DNA from: Phyllobates terribilis
Taxonomy: Eukaryota
Length of the DNA stretch: 64,000 bases
NCBI RefSeq assembly: GCF_046119375.1
Contig: NW_027362761.1
Coordinates: 970,610,001 to 970,674,000 of the forward strand
Direction: 5' to 3'
The first letter of the stretch is position 1. Every line of letters starts with the position of its first letter. This document shows, one piece after another, positions 12,553-25,279 of this stretch. A program made the translations under genes and the position numbers. Below the pieces are notes generated by a model. The model searched no databases, was not told where the DNA came from, and saw nothing but the letters and a program-made list of their open reading frames with translations.

Positions 12553-15113
12553 CTAAGAGGATCCTCCGGATCCCCTAGGACCAGGCTTATCAGGAAATCT
12601 CCTGGGAAACGCTCTGATAAGTCTGGACGCGGAAACATCATCCGACCTCACCCAAGGGTTATCCTCGGGTCCGAAACCTTTCCAGGCCACAAGATACTGC
12701 AAACTACCTCTATACAGTCTAGAGTTAAGGATGCGAGAAATTTCATATTCCCCGTCCTCCACCACCGGAGGAACAGAGGCAGAGGCGTCACAATCCGATA
12801 CAATAGCTTTTTTCAACAGAGAGACATGAAATACCGGATTAATTCTCCAGGAGGTAGGAACCTCCAACCTAACAGCAGATTGGTTGACAACCTGAAGCAC
12901 CTTAAAGGGCCCTACAAACTTGGGACCCAATTTCTTAGAAGGAATCCTCAACCGCAGATTCCTAGAGGACAACCAAACCATGTCACCAACAGCGAACAAA
13001 ACCTCCTGTCGTTTCCTATCAAAGTAGTCCTTAGATTTTCTGTTGGCCTCCTGAAGATTACCACGCACATCCGTCCAAACTCTCTCCAAATCACCGGAAA
13101 AATTCTCCTCCTCAGGCACGGCAGATCCCAACTTGGAGAACGACCCAAACGACGGATGTCTCCCAGAACAACAAAAAAAAGGCGAACAACCAGCAGAAGA
13201 AGATGTATGATTGTTCAGAGCAAATTCAGCAAGTGGCAGAAACTCAGACCACCCCTCTTGATTGTCTGCCACAAAACAACGCTAGAACTGCTCAACATCC
13301 TGGTTTTTCCTTTCTGTATGGCCATTAGATTCAGGATGATATCCGGACGAGAACGATAAATGAACTCCCAACCTGTCACAAAAGGCACGCCAAAAACGAG
13401 CCACGAACTGAGGACCCCTATCAGAAACAATGTCAGTAGGAACGCCATGAAGTCTGACAATTTCCTTGACAAAGGCCTTAGCGAGAGTTTTAGCGCAGGG
13501 CAGTTTGACAAAGGGAACCAAGTGACACATCTTGCTAAAACGGTCCACGACCACCCAGATGACAGTAAAACCCTCAGAGGGGGGAAGGTCAGTTATAAAG
13601 TCCATAGCCAAATGTGTCCAAGGAGCACTGGGAACCTCCAAAGGACAAAGCAACTCCGCAGCAGGAGTATGTGAGGACTTAGATCTAGCACATATAGTAC
13701 ATTGACGCACCCACTTAATGACTTCCTTCTGCCATCCAGGCCACCAAAAACTGCGACCCACCAGTCTCTTGGTCTCAGAGATTCCGGGATGACCTGCCAA
13801 CCGAGATTCGTGACACTCAACAAATAAATCTCTCCTAAAGGTCCCAGGCACAAACAACCTCCCATGAGGAGTGTTAGATGGGGCATTCTCCTGTGCTTTA
13901 AGAATCTCATCTTCCAAAACGGAGTCCAAAGCAGCTATCACAACACCTTCTTGTAAAATGTTCTCCTCTTTCTCAGCACCGACTATGGGAGAAAAACTGC
14001 GAGACAAGGCATCCGCCTTAACATTCTTAGTACCAGGGATGTAAGTAACGGAGAAATTAAACCGCGAGAAAAACAGTGCCCACCTAGCCTGACGGGCATT
14101 CAGGCGCTTGGCAGCATCAAGATATATCAGATTTTTATGATCCGTAAGAACCTGAACGGGAAATTCCGCACCTTCCAAGAAGTGACGCCAGTGTTCAAAT
14201 GCGAGTTTAATAGCCAATAATTCCCGATTACCAATATCGTAATTCAGTTCAGTCTCTGAAAATTTTTTTGAAAAAAAGGCACAGGGATGTAATCCATCCC
14301 CGTTATCCTGAGACAATACTGCGCCAACCCCCACAGAGGAAGCATCAACCTCAACCAAAAACGGCTTAGTCACATCAGGCTGCATAAGGATGGGAGCAGA
14401 GGTGAACCTCTCCTTGAGATACACAAAAGCTTCAATGGCCTCAGAAGACCACTGAACCGCATCAGCACCTTTCCTGGTGAGATCGGTCAGAGGTTTGACA
14501 ATACTAGAAAATTTTTTTATGAATTTTCTGTAATAATTGGCGAAACCTAAAAACCTCTGTATCGATTTCAAACCAATAGGCCTAGGCCATTCCTGTACAG
14601 CTTGAACTTTAACCGGGTCCATCTCAAAACCTTCGCTGGAGATAATGTAACCCAAAAAACTAATTCTCTGTACAGCGAACTCACATTTCTCCAGCTTAGC
14701 AAAAAGCGAATTGTCCATTAACAACTGTAATACCTCACGTACGCTCCGCCAATGGGACTCCAGATCCGGCGAATAAATCAAAATGTCATCCAAATACACA
14801 ACCACATTTTTGCCGATCAAAGGTCTCAGGATGTCATTAATAAGATTCTGAAAAAATGCAGGAGCATTAGTAAGACCAAAAGGCATAACCAGATTCTCAA
14901 AATGACCCACAGGAGTGTTAAAAGCAGTCTTCCATTCATCACCCTCCTTCATGCGCAACAGATTGTATGCCCCCTTAAGGTCAATTTTAGAGAACCACTT
15001 GGCCCCCATTAACTGGTTAAACAGATCAGGAATCAATGGCAGTGGGTAAGGATTGCGTACAGTAATTTTGTTAATCTCACGAAAATCCAGACAAGGACAT
15101 AAACCGCCGTCCT
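12553..15113 (-). pseudogene. Gypsy pol (RT, RNase H, integrase, chromodomain) with a frameshift near 15115 and an in-frame TAG at 13282-13284
   Basis: YLDDILI; EVDASSVGVGAVL; H-H-C-C (CHESRLAGH..CTIC); MDFITDLP / SDRGPQF / TERKNQ; chromodomain YEISRILNSR..YLVAWKGFGPEDNPW. Confidence 0.95.
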
Positions 15114-16619
15114 TTATTTTACAAAAAAAAATCCAACCGCCACAGGAGACTTAGAGGGCCTAATGTGACCGGCGGCCAAACTTGTCTGTATGTATTCCTC
15201 CAAAGCCTTCCTCTCAGGAATAGTAAGGTTAAATAAACGACTTTTAGGAAGAGTCGCTCCAGGGACAAATTCAATAGAACAATCATAGTCTCTATAGGGA
15301 GGCAAAACCTGCGATTCCTTCTCAGAAAAAACTCTCCAAAAATCCTGAATAGGAACAGGCAATTCTCCCCTATCCAAAGCTGCAATACGCCCGTTACAAC
15401 ACTTGTCATAACATTTATGGCTCCAGGATTTAATTTCATTGGTAGACCAATCCAGTACAGGATTGTGAAATTTTAACCAGGGCAATCCCAATATTACTGG
15501 AGAAGGCAAGTTATTCAAAACTACCAAATCCAATTTTTCATGGTGAACACCATTAATAGTGAGAGGAAATTCACAGACCTTGAGAGTAATATTCTTCAAA
15601 GGGGAACCATCCACAGAAACCACAGCAATGGGGGATGATAAAGGTTCGGGTTTTAAATTGAGTCTTTCCAAGAATCCCCCATCAATTACATTCAGAGTAG
15701 ACCCACAATCAACAAACACCCGAAATTCCATTAATTTTTCCTGAGCAATCGTGGAAGCAGCTAAAAATACACCCTTGGAATTTAAACAGGCAATACGGGC
15801 ATGACTGACCATTTTTTTTACTTTCTTCATACGAAGCTCACAGCCTTTAATCAAATGACCAGATTTTCCGCAATAGAAACACAAGCCTTCAGAAAATCGA
15901 CGGTCTTTTTCTTGAGAGCGAGGTGCCACCGATCCAATCTCCATCGGTTCACCACTGTTAGTACACACATTCTCATAACCAGAAACTGACATAGCAGAGG
16001 ATTTGCTCTCATTAACCCTTGCACGCAGTCTCCTATCCACCCGTATAGCTAATTGCATAGCCTGTTGCAAATCTTCAGGTGTAGGATAAGCAATTAGCAG
16101 GTCTTTAACCCTTTCACTGAGCCCAGCAAGAAATAGACTTTTCAGAGCAGAATCGTTCCACCCTATTTGAGTAGACCAACGACGGAAATGAGTACAATAT
16201 TTTTCCACATTACCTGATCCCTGTTGCAAACGTCTCAACTCAGTCTCAGCTGATGCAACACGGTCAGGATCATCATATAATAGTCCCAAAGCAGAAAAAA
16301 AACTATCCACTGATCTGAAGCATGTATCACTAGGTTGCAAAGAAAAGGCCCACTCCTGAGGCTCTTTGCGCAAAAGTGACAGTATGAACCCTATGCGCTG
16401 GGATTCATCCCCAGAGGACTTGGGTCTCAAACGAAAATACAATAAGCAAGCATTTTTAAATGAAAAAAATTCTCGATGTTCACCAAAAAATAAATCCGGC
16501 AAACATACCTTAGGCTCCAAGAAATGTGCTCCAGGACAGTTACTCACGTGCTGACGGAGCTCGGCCACCTCCAGAGAGAGTCCCTGCAGGCGATGAGCCA
16601 AATCCTGAACCGACACCAT
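15114..16619 (-). CDS. Gypsy gag-protease ORF (501 aa)
   Basis: Retrotransposon gag core (LLYDDPDR, LRRLQQG..VEKY), CCHC knuckle CFYCGKSGHLIKGC, protease motifs FVDCGST and VILGLPWL. Confidence 0.93.
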   Translation of the reverse strand: MVSVQDLAHRLQGLSLEVAELRQHVSNCPGAHFLEPKVCLPDLFFGEHREFFSFKNACLLYFRLRPKSSGDESQRIGFILSLLRKEPQEWAFSLQPSDTCFRSVDSFFSALGLLYDDPDRVASAETELRRLQQGSGNVEKYCTHFRRWSTQIGWNDSALKSLFLAGLSERVKDLLIAYPTPEDLQQAMQLAIRVDRRLRARVNESKSSAMSVSGYENVCTNSGEPMEIGSVAPRSQEKDRRFSEGLCFYCGKSGHLIKGCELRMKKVKKMVSHARIACLNSKGVFLAASTIAQEKLMEFRVFVDCGSTLNVIDGGFLERLNLKPEPLSSPIAVVSVDGSPLKNITLKVCEFPLTINGVHHEKLDLVVLNNLPSPVILGLPWLKFHNPVLDWSTNEIKSWSHKCYDKCCNGRIAALDRGELPVPIQDFWRVFSEKESQVLPPYRDYDCSIEFVPGATLPKSRLFNLTIPERKALEEYIQTSLAAGHIRPSKSPVAVGFFFVK

Positions 16620-16667
16620 GATGGAACAGAAAAATCTTTCCTTAGAGAATTTGCAGGCTGGACTTAC

Positions 16668-17089
16668 TGTTATGTTCTGCTACCAGAGCTAAGGAAAGAG
16701 AGGAGATCTGTCCCTACGATAGAACTCAGCTGAATCCCTACGATGTAACAGGGAACCTGATCCTGCGATCGGACCTGCTAATGTCCTAAGCTAGTCTGTA
16801 CGGAGACCTATAGATGTGGGGAAGGAATCCCTACAAGTACTAAGGACTGGGAGGAATATGGGACACCTCCTAACAGAAATAGTAGCAGACAGACGAACAA
16901 ACAAAATATATAGAACATAGAGGTCCGTAGACCAAGCAAACTAACAGAGTAAGATACAGAGCACAGGCTAGCTAGAAAGTAGTTATACAATGAAGTCCAG
17001 CAAAGCCAGAAGGGCGGAGCAGGCTTAAATAGGCCAACAAGGTCATGTGACCAGCAAAGGAAAAAAAACCTAAGAGCAAGGTTCTAACA
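16668..17089 (-). repeat. 5' LTR of the Gypsy element
   Basis: TG..CA termini; TATTTAA box at 17031-17025 on the minus strand. Confidence 0.97.
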
Positions 17090-17659
17090 GCTGGGGACCG
17101 AGTATGGACACCCGGCTGCCACTGCAATAAGGTTGAGGACAGCTTCCGCCTCCACGAGTCTAAAAGGCCACATTTCAAGTGCAAGCAGCTGTCAAAAATT
17201 TGGCAGTAAAGTATTGCAGCCTGTGGGTGGGTGGCTGGATGCATACTTGCGCTTACATTCCAAGTAACAAAAAACTAAGCATCATCATGGCCTCACCTCT
17301 GAACTATGAATCCGCCTGAAGGAGAATCCGGGGCCCACCAGAGGAGTCTCCGCTTCTGTGGTGGGCCCGTCCAACTCTGCCGAGAAGCAGCCCTGGCTTA
17401 GAAAAGTGTGTAGGAAGGTTCCTGGACACTCTATGGCTGCATTTTTAATGTGGACTGGCTCCGTATGGTTTCCCAAGTCAGTCCTTTCACCAAACTAAAA
17501 AATATAGCTGCATACTTGCGCTTGCATTCCAAGAATGGTGTAGGGACAACTGAACCCTGCGCTGGGAGAAGGACGTGGACGATGATTGTTGCAAGTCTGC
17601 AACGACAGGTGCATGATAGGAGGCATCTTCGCATGCCTCAAGGATCACTTATGATGGGC

Positions 17660-18309
17660 ACACTTAGGCAGTGACCTGGGAGTCAGAGATGCTTACAGGA
17701 GTCTTCACCATGCTGTTCCCATGTCTTTTCAGCACTGTATACATGTGTCTGATGATGTGTCACACACCACATGACCAGATAAGGTTGTAAAATGTTAAAA
17801 TGATATTTCCCGGTGAATGCATTTGTCTTGGTTGAAAGCAATGCAAAAGTGCAAAAACGCATCAAAAACTCTACGTGTAAACATAGCCCAAGGTGTGGAG
17901 GAGCATTTTGGTTATTTATTTTCCTTATATACAAGTCATTACCCTGGAAAGGAAATTCCTTAACATATTTCCCAGGAAAATCCATTTTAGTTTCGTTTTT
18001 GCATGTTTTATTGTGAGTCCGTAATAGTGGCATAATACCTCTAACAACATTGTTGACAGCAGTGACCTGGGAGTCAGAAATGCTTCCAAGGGTCTTCCCC
18101 ATGCTGTTCCCATGTCATTTTAGAACTGTTCCCGTCGATTTGGGCAATTTTTAGGCCCCCTGCAGACCGCCGGGGGGAGCCGCTGGAAAAATGCTCAAGT
18201 TTCCCATAGACTTACATTGGGCTCGCTACTTGGACTGAGCACTCGAGCATTCCAATTTGCTCAACCGGAGCAATGAGTACCCGAGCATTTTAGTGCTCGC
18301 TCATCACTA
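17660..18309 (+). mobile_element. hAT-A 3' terminal segment with TIR
   Basis: Ends ...GCTCGCTCATCACTA at 18309; homologous to 2480-3065. Confidence 0.8.
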
Positions 18310-18319
18310 ATTATTAGTA

Positions 18320-19979
18320 TAGTTGATAGAAAAAGTATATTTACCTCTGATATAATGCCAGGTTTTTGAAAGTAAAAAAAAAATTCAGAACTTTTCCCAC
18401 CTTTAATGTCATTCATTATATGTACAATACAATAAAAAAAATTGAAATTTTTTCAATTGGAAAAAGAAAAATAAAGAACTAAAATAATGTGGATGCATAA
18501 ATATGCACATCCTTAAACTAATACTTTGTTGATGTAACCTTTGAATTTATGACTGCATTTAATGTTTTGGGTTAGTGTCTATCAGCATGGCACATCTAGA
18601 ATTGGCACTATGCCAACTCTTCTTTGCAATAGTGCTCCAAATCTCAGATTGCGAGGTCATCTCCTGCATACAGCACTCTTCAGGTCACCCACAGATTTTC
18701 AATTGGATTCAGGTCTGGGCAAGTGGCGGACACTGACGGAAGAGGGCCCATGTGCAAGAACAATAAATGGGCTCCCCTTTGTATCTGTGACAAGACCTGC
18801 TTGCTGATTTGAAGGTGAAATTGGCCCCACTTACCTCTTGGGCCCCTGTATGGCTGCACTTGTTGCACCAATGATATAATACCCCCTGGGCTGGGCCATT
18901 CCAAATCTTTGATCTTCTGGTAAAGCCGTTGTTTTGATAAATTGCAGGTATGCTTAGGGTCGTTGTTATGCTGAAAAGTGAAATTCCTCTTCATCTTCAG
19001 TCTTTTAGCTGAGGCCTGAAGGATTTGTTGAAAAATGTACTGATATTTGGAACTGTTCATGAATCTGCCTCCACCATGCTTCACTGTAGGTATGGTGTTC
19101 GTTTGGTGATGTGCAGTTATGGCTTTGCACCAAACATACCATTCAGAATTATGGCCAATGAGTTACCGTAAATCTTGGTCTCATTAGACCTAATATGTTT
19201 TTCCAAATGCTTTTGGTAGACATAATTTAGATTTTGACAAAACATAGCATGGTTGTCTTTTTTTTGTAAGAATAGCCTTTGGTCTTGCCACCCTACCCCA
19301 CAGTCCAGGCATATGAAGAATTCAAGAGATTGCTGTCACATATAGTACACAGCCATTGGTAGCCAGAAATTCCTACAGCTCCTTAAAGGTTTCTGTAGGT
19401 CTCTTGGCAGAGTCCTGGACTATTTTTCTTCTTGTCTTTTCATAATTTTTCTAAGTTCTTAGTAATATCACTATTGTGCCAAATTTAAGTAGCTTATTAA
19501 TGACAGTGTTCCATGGTATAATAATTTTGTACCTTTCTGACTGACATCTTTCAACAATAAAATATTTTGCCGTGTTGTAAGCGGTTTACACACCATGGCT
19601 TTGGCTGTAAAATACAACTAAGAAAATGTCTGGAAAATCCATCTAGAACAGCTAAACTTTATATGGGGTTAATCAGAATCCATGTAATTAATGGCAGCTA
19701 TGTACTGACTACTAATTTAACATGAGTTTAAATGTGACTGGATAATTCTGGACAGAAGCACACCTTACACAATCACATTATTTCAGTTTTGTTTTTGTTA
19801 TTATATTCCCCCCCTCAAAATAATTTAATTTTGTTTCTCAATAGATTTATACAGATTATGGGTGACATTAAAGGTGTAAAAAGTTCTGAAATTATTCTTC
19901 TTGGTATGATTTTTTACATGATAAAAACCTTTGGTTAAAAATACAATTTAACAGGTGTCTAGACTTTTTTAATCTACGG
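18320..19979 (-). mobile_element. Decayed Tc1-like element with a ~170-bp MITE-like insert at 18720-18888
   Basis: MKHGGG, FTFQHNNDPKHT, EWPS / PDLNPIENLW separated by the insert; degenerate TIRs sharing ttcagaactttt..cacctttaatgtca; TA flanks. Confidence 0.8.
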
Positions 19980-21148
19980 TATATATCCTGTATAATGTTT
20001 TCTAAAGATTTATAAAGATATATGTAAAATTCAGCACAAACCCTATAAATTTCTCCTGGAACAGAAGGGTTAAATTTCTGAAAAGCTATGCATGCCAATA
20101 TGCAAAAACATCTACTGGGTCCGTGGTCAGCAACATAAATCAGTAAACTGATTAATTATTCTGTTAAAGCTTACAAAATTTATGAGCCTCAAATAAAAGT
20201 GCATATTATACCCAGTCTCGTAATATGAAATTTTGCAAAAGTGACAGCCTTAAAGAAATAGATTACATTTTACTTTAGTTTTAATAATTACATCTGATAC
20301 TGTGACTGACTTTTCAACTTCAAAATAATACATCAAAATATATGATTCCAGACATTCTGACAATCAAGCATGAGACAAAAATGCTACTCAAATATGTTGT
20401 TTGGTTCTTATTTCTGCATACCTGTCATATTTAAAAGTATTTGACCTTTGCAAAAAAAATCCCAGTTATTAAAAAAGGCTAAACATATAAAACAATTTGC
20501 TGACTAATGATTATATTTATTGCAATGGATTTTCCAGTTTGCAGTAAATAAACAGCAATAGACAGCCTTTGTTAAGGGGTTATGAACACGATCTGAGCGC
20601 AAATCTGTCTATCATATTGCAGTCCAGACTTCACATTGTAAAAAATGTGAATCTAAATCTCGTCTTGCACTTATGATACAAGTATAACCGAGATGAGATC
20701 TGGGGTGATTACTCAATAAAACTCAGTAAATCAAATGTCAAGCTGTACATCCTTATACAATGAAGCTTAAAAAAACTGCAGACCAGCATGCCATCAAACA
20801 AAGTGTAAAGAATCCATCACACAATACAGAGCTTCTTTAAATTTGTAAATGATTTATTTAATTCCAAATGGAATGAATGAAATAAAGAAATACGGTAGTT
20901 TCAGAATTTTAAAGAAGCGTTGGATTGCATGTTGGATTCTTTATACAAATATAATAACTGTTGGGGACAGGGTCGGACTGGGGTGTCTGGGGCCCACAAG
21001 GAGAACTGACTCTAGGGGCCCACCTACAGCCATATGCAAATATCTGTTATCCGCTATCCCTGTTATAGTGGAGCATTGACTGGCGGCTCCTGCACATCTA
21101 CTGTGCACCACTATAACTGGGATGTACAATTACGGTAGTTTGCATTAA

Positions 21149-21498
21149 AGGGCTTCTTTGGTTAAAACAAGTTATCACCGATCCATGGGATCCACAGGAT
21201 CGGTGATCACTTATTGATCGTTTGGGTCCGAACATTGGAAAACGCACCTATCAGAAGAAGTTTCATCCCTGACAGGACACTTATCCCCATTTTAAAATGC
21301 AGCTTCCAAAAAAGAGCAGCGCTCACAGTCACTGAGGGAATGACTGGATGAGTGGTCGCATCTCACATGCCGCTCCAGTCTAATGGGGAGAAAAGCTCCA
21401 CATTCTGCCGATTGTGTCCCAGCAGTCAGACCCCCACCAATCAATATCATCACTGATCCTGTGGAGAGGTGATTACTTGTTTTCACCAGAGAACCCCT
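21149..21498. mobile_element. T2/Kolobok-type MITE
   Basis: TTAA then AGGGCTTCTTTGGTTAAAACAAGTTATCACC, with an inverted match GGTGATTACTTGTTTTCACCAGAGAACCCCT followed by GTAA. Confidence 0.75.
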
Positions 21499-21542
21499 GT
21501 AAGTGCATCTCTGCCGCTCTGGTCCAAGTATTTAATCTCTAA

Positions 21543-21734
21543 GGCTGCGGTCCCACTATCAGTATTTGGTCAGTATTTTTTCTCAGGAGTGCGAGCCAAA
21601 ACCAGGTGAGGAATAATCAGAGAAAAGGTATAATAGAAACAAGTCACCAATTCTGTATTTATCACCCACTCCTGGTTTTGGCAGCTACTCCTGAGAAAAA
21701 ATACTGACCGAATACTGATGGTGGGGCTGTGGCC
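21543..21734. mobile_element. PIF/Harbinger-type MITE
   Basis: TAA on both flanks; imperfect TIRs GGCTGCGGTCCCAC / GTGGGGCTGTGGCC; internal inverted repeat CAGTATTTGGTCAGTATTTTTTCTCAGGAGT. Confidence 0.7.
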
Positions 21735-22021
21735 TAATGGAAAAAAATCTTTTCCTAGTTAATATCAGCAAGAACAAAATGACTGCCATACACAACACAG
21801 TCCACTATATCAACACCAATAATACCACATACAAAAGAGACAAATATCGCCACACCATGACTAGATCACATATTACCACCACATAGTGACCGAATAATAC
21901 TACATACAAGGAAAAAATACGGCCACACCATGACCAGACCACATATTACCACCCCAAAGTGACCAAATACTACAATACTGATCATGAATACAAACCACAA
22001 TACTAACAACACTGTTATTAC

Positions 22022-23060
22022 CACCAGTGACATTATACACAGGAGCTCTGTATATAGTGTCAGTGTACAGGTAATACAGGGATCACCAGTGACATTATAC
22101 ACAGGAGCTCTGTATATAGTGTCAGTGTACAGGTAATACAGGGATCACCAGTGACATTATACACAGGAGCTCTGTATATAGTGTACAGTGTACAGGTAAT
22201 ACAGTGACCACCAGTGACATTATACACTGGAGCTCAGTATATAGTGTCAGTGTACAGGTAATACAGGGTTCACCAGTGACATTATACACAGGAGCTCTGT
22301 ATAGAGTGTCAGTGTACAGGTAATACAGTGATCACCAGTAACATTATACACTGCAGCTCTGTATTTAGTGTACAGGTATTACAGTGGTCACCAGTGACAT
22401 TATACACAGGAGCTCTGTATGTAGTGTACAGGTAATACAGTGGTCACCAGTGACATTATACACAGGAGCTCTGTACATAGTGTATAGTGCACAGGTAATA
22501 CAGTGGTCACCAGTGACATTATACACAGGAGCTCTGTATATAGTGTACAGATAAAACAGTGGTCACCAGTGACATTATACACAGGAGCTCTGTATATAGT
22601 GTACAGGTAATACAGTGGTCACCAGTGACATTATACACAGGAGCTCTGTATATATTGCACAGGTAATACAGTGGTCACCAGTGACATTATACACAGGAGC
22701 TCTGTATATAGTGTACAGATAATACAGTGGTCACCAGTGACATTATACACAGGAGCTCTGTATATAGTGTACAGGTAATACAGTGGTCACCAGTGACAAT
22801 ATACACAGGAGCTCTGTATATAGTGTATAGTGTACAGGTAATACAGGGATCACCAGTGACATTATACACAGGAGCTCTGTATATAGTGTCAGTGTACAGG
22901 TAATACAGTGATCACCAGTGACATTATACACTGGAGCTCTGTATATAGTGCACAGGTAATACAGTGGTCACAAGTGACATTATACACAGAAGCTCTGTAT
23001 ATAGTGTATACATAATATAGTGATCACCAGTGACATACACAGGAGTTCTGTATATACTAT
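22022..23060. repeat. 56-63-bp minisatellite (CACCAGTGACATTATACACAGGAGCTCTGTATATAGTG...), about 17 copies
   Basis: Direct periodicity; a remnant of the unit resumes after the Tc1 insertion at about 24785-24825. Confidence 0.95.
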
Positions 23061-23063
23061 ATA

Positions 23064-24782
<1,719 letters not shown>

Positions 24783-25279
24783 TAGTGTAAGTGTACATGT
24801 AATACACTGACTCACCAGTGATGTCTCTAGGTGAAGTCCTTCATCTTCGCTTTTCTTCTTCATCTGGCACAGACAGCCATCACTTCTTCCAGCCAGGAAT
24901 CATCTCTGCAGAAAATAACACACAGTTATTAATAACTGATCTCTTCTAGAGAATATTCCCACTTTCCCCCCCGACCTCTACACTACACCAGTTGAAGAAA
25001 AAAAGCAACATAGTGCCGTCCTGCACAGTAACAGGACCTCTCTTTTGTCCCATCCCATGGAAAACAATTTCCTAAAAAATTATATTACAGAAGTAATAAT
25101 GTAATAATAATTGGAATCTAAAGTAATAATGTTCCCCACTGGTCACCATAAACTAATAAAGTATGTTCCTCAATCTGGCTCCCAAACAGTAATTAAGTCC
25201 CTTGTCTAGCCAGGCACCCCCATATGTCCCTTCTGGCCACCATTTGTCTAGTGTGACCCCTCCATATATTTATCCTAGC

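Larger units (their letters stand above)
12119..17089 (-). mobile_element. Full-length Ty3/Gypsy chromovirus LTR retrotransposon (Tf1/sushi-like)
   Basis: Two 422-bp TG..CA LTRs (12119-12540, 16668-17089) with 2 differences seen by eye; 5-bp TSD GCTGG (12114-12118, 17090-17094); polypurine tract AGAAGGGGGGGTAC next to the 3' LTR; gag-PR-RT-RH-IN-chromodomain order. Confidence 0.98.

Noticed and set aside
15105-15140. Programmed -1 frameshift at the T-rich run before the Gypsy RT
   Set aside because: The break falls inside the conserved FFVKKKDG motif of RT rather than at the gag-pol boundary; a 1-nt deletion in a homopolymer (or a sequencing error) is simpler.
18720-18888. TSD for the small MITE-like insert in the Tc1 relic
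   Set aside because: Flanks (GGTCTGGG versus GGCTGGGC) do not form a clean 8-bp duplication, so the family was left unassigned.
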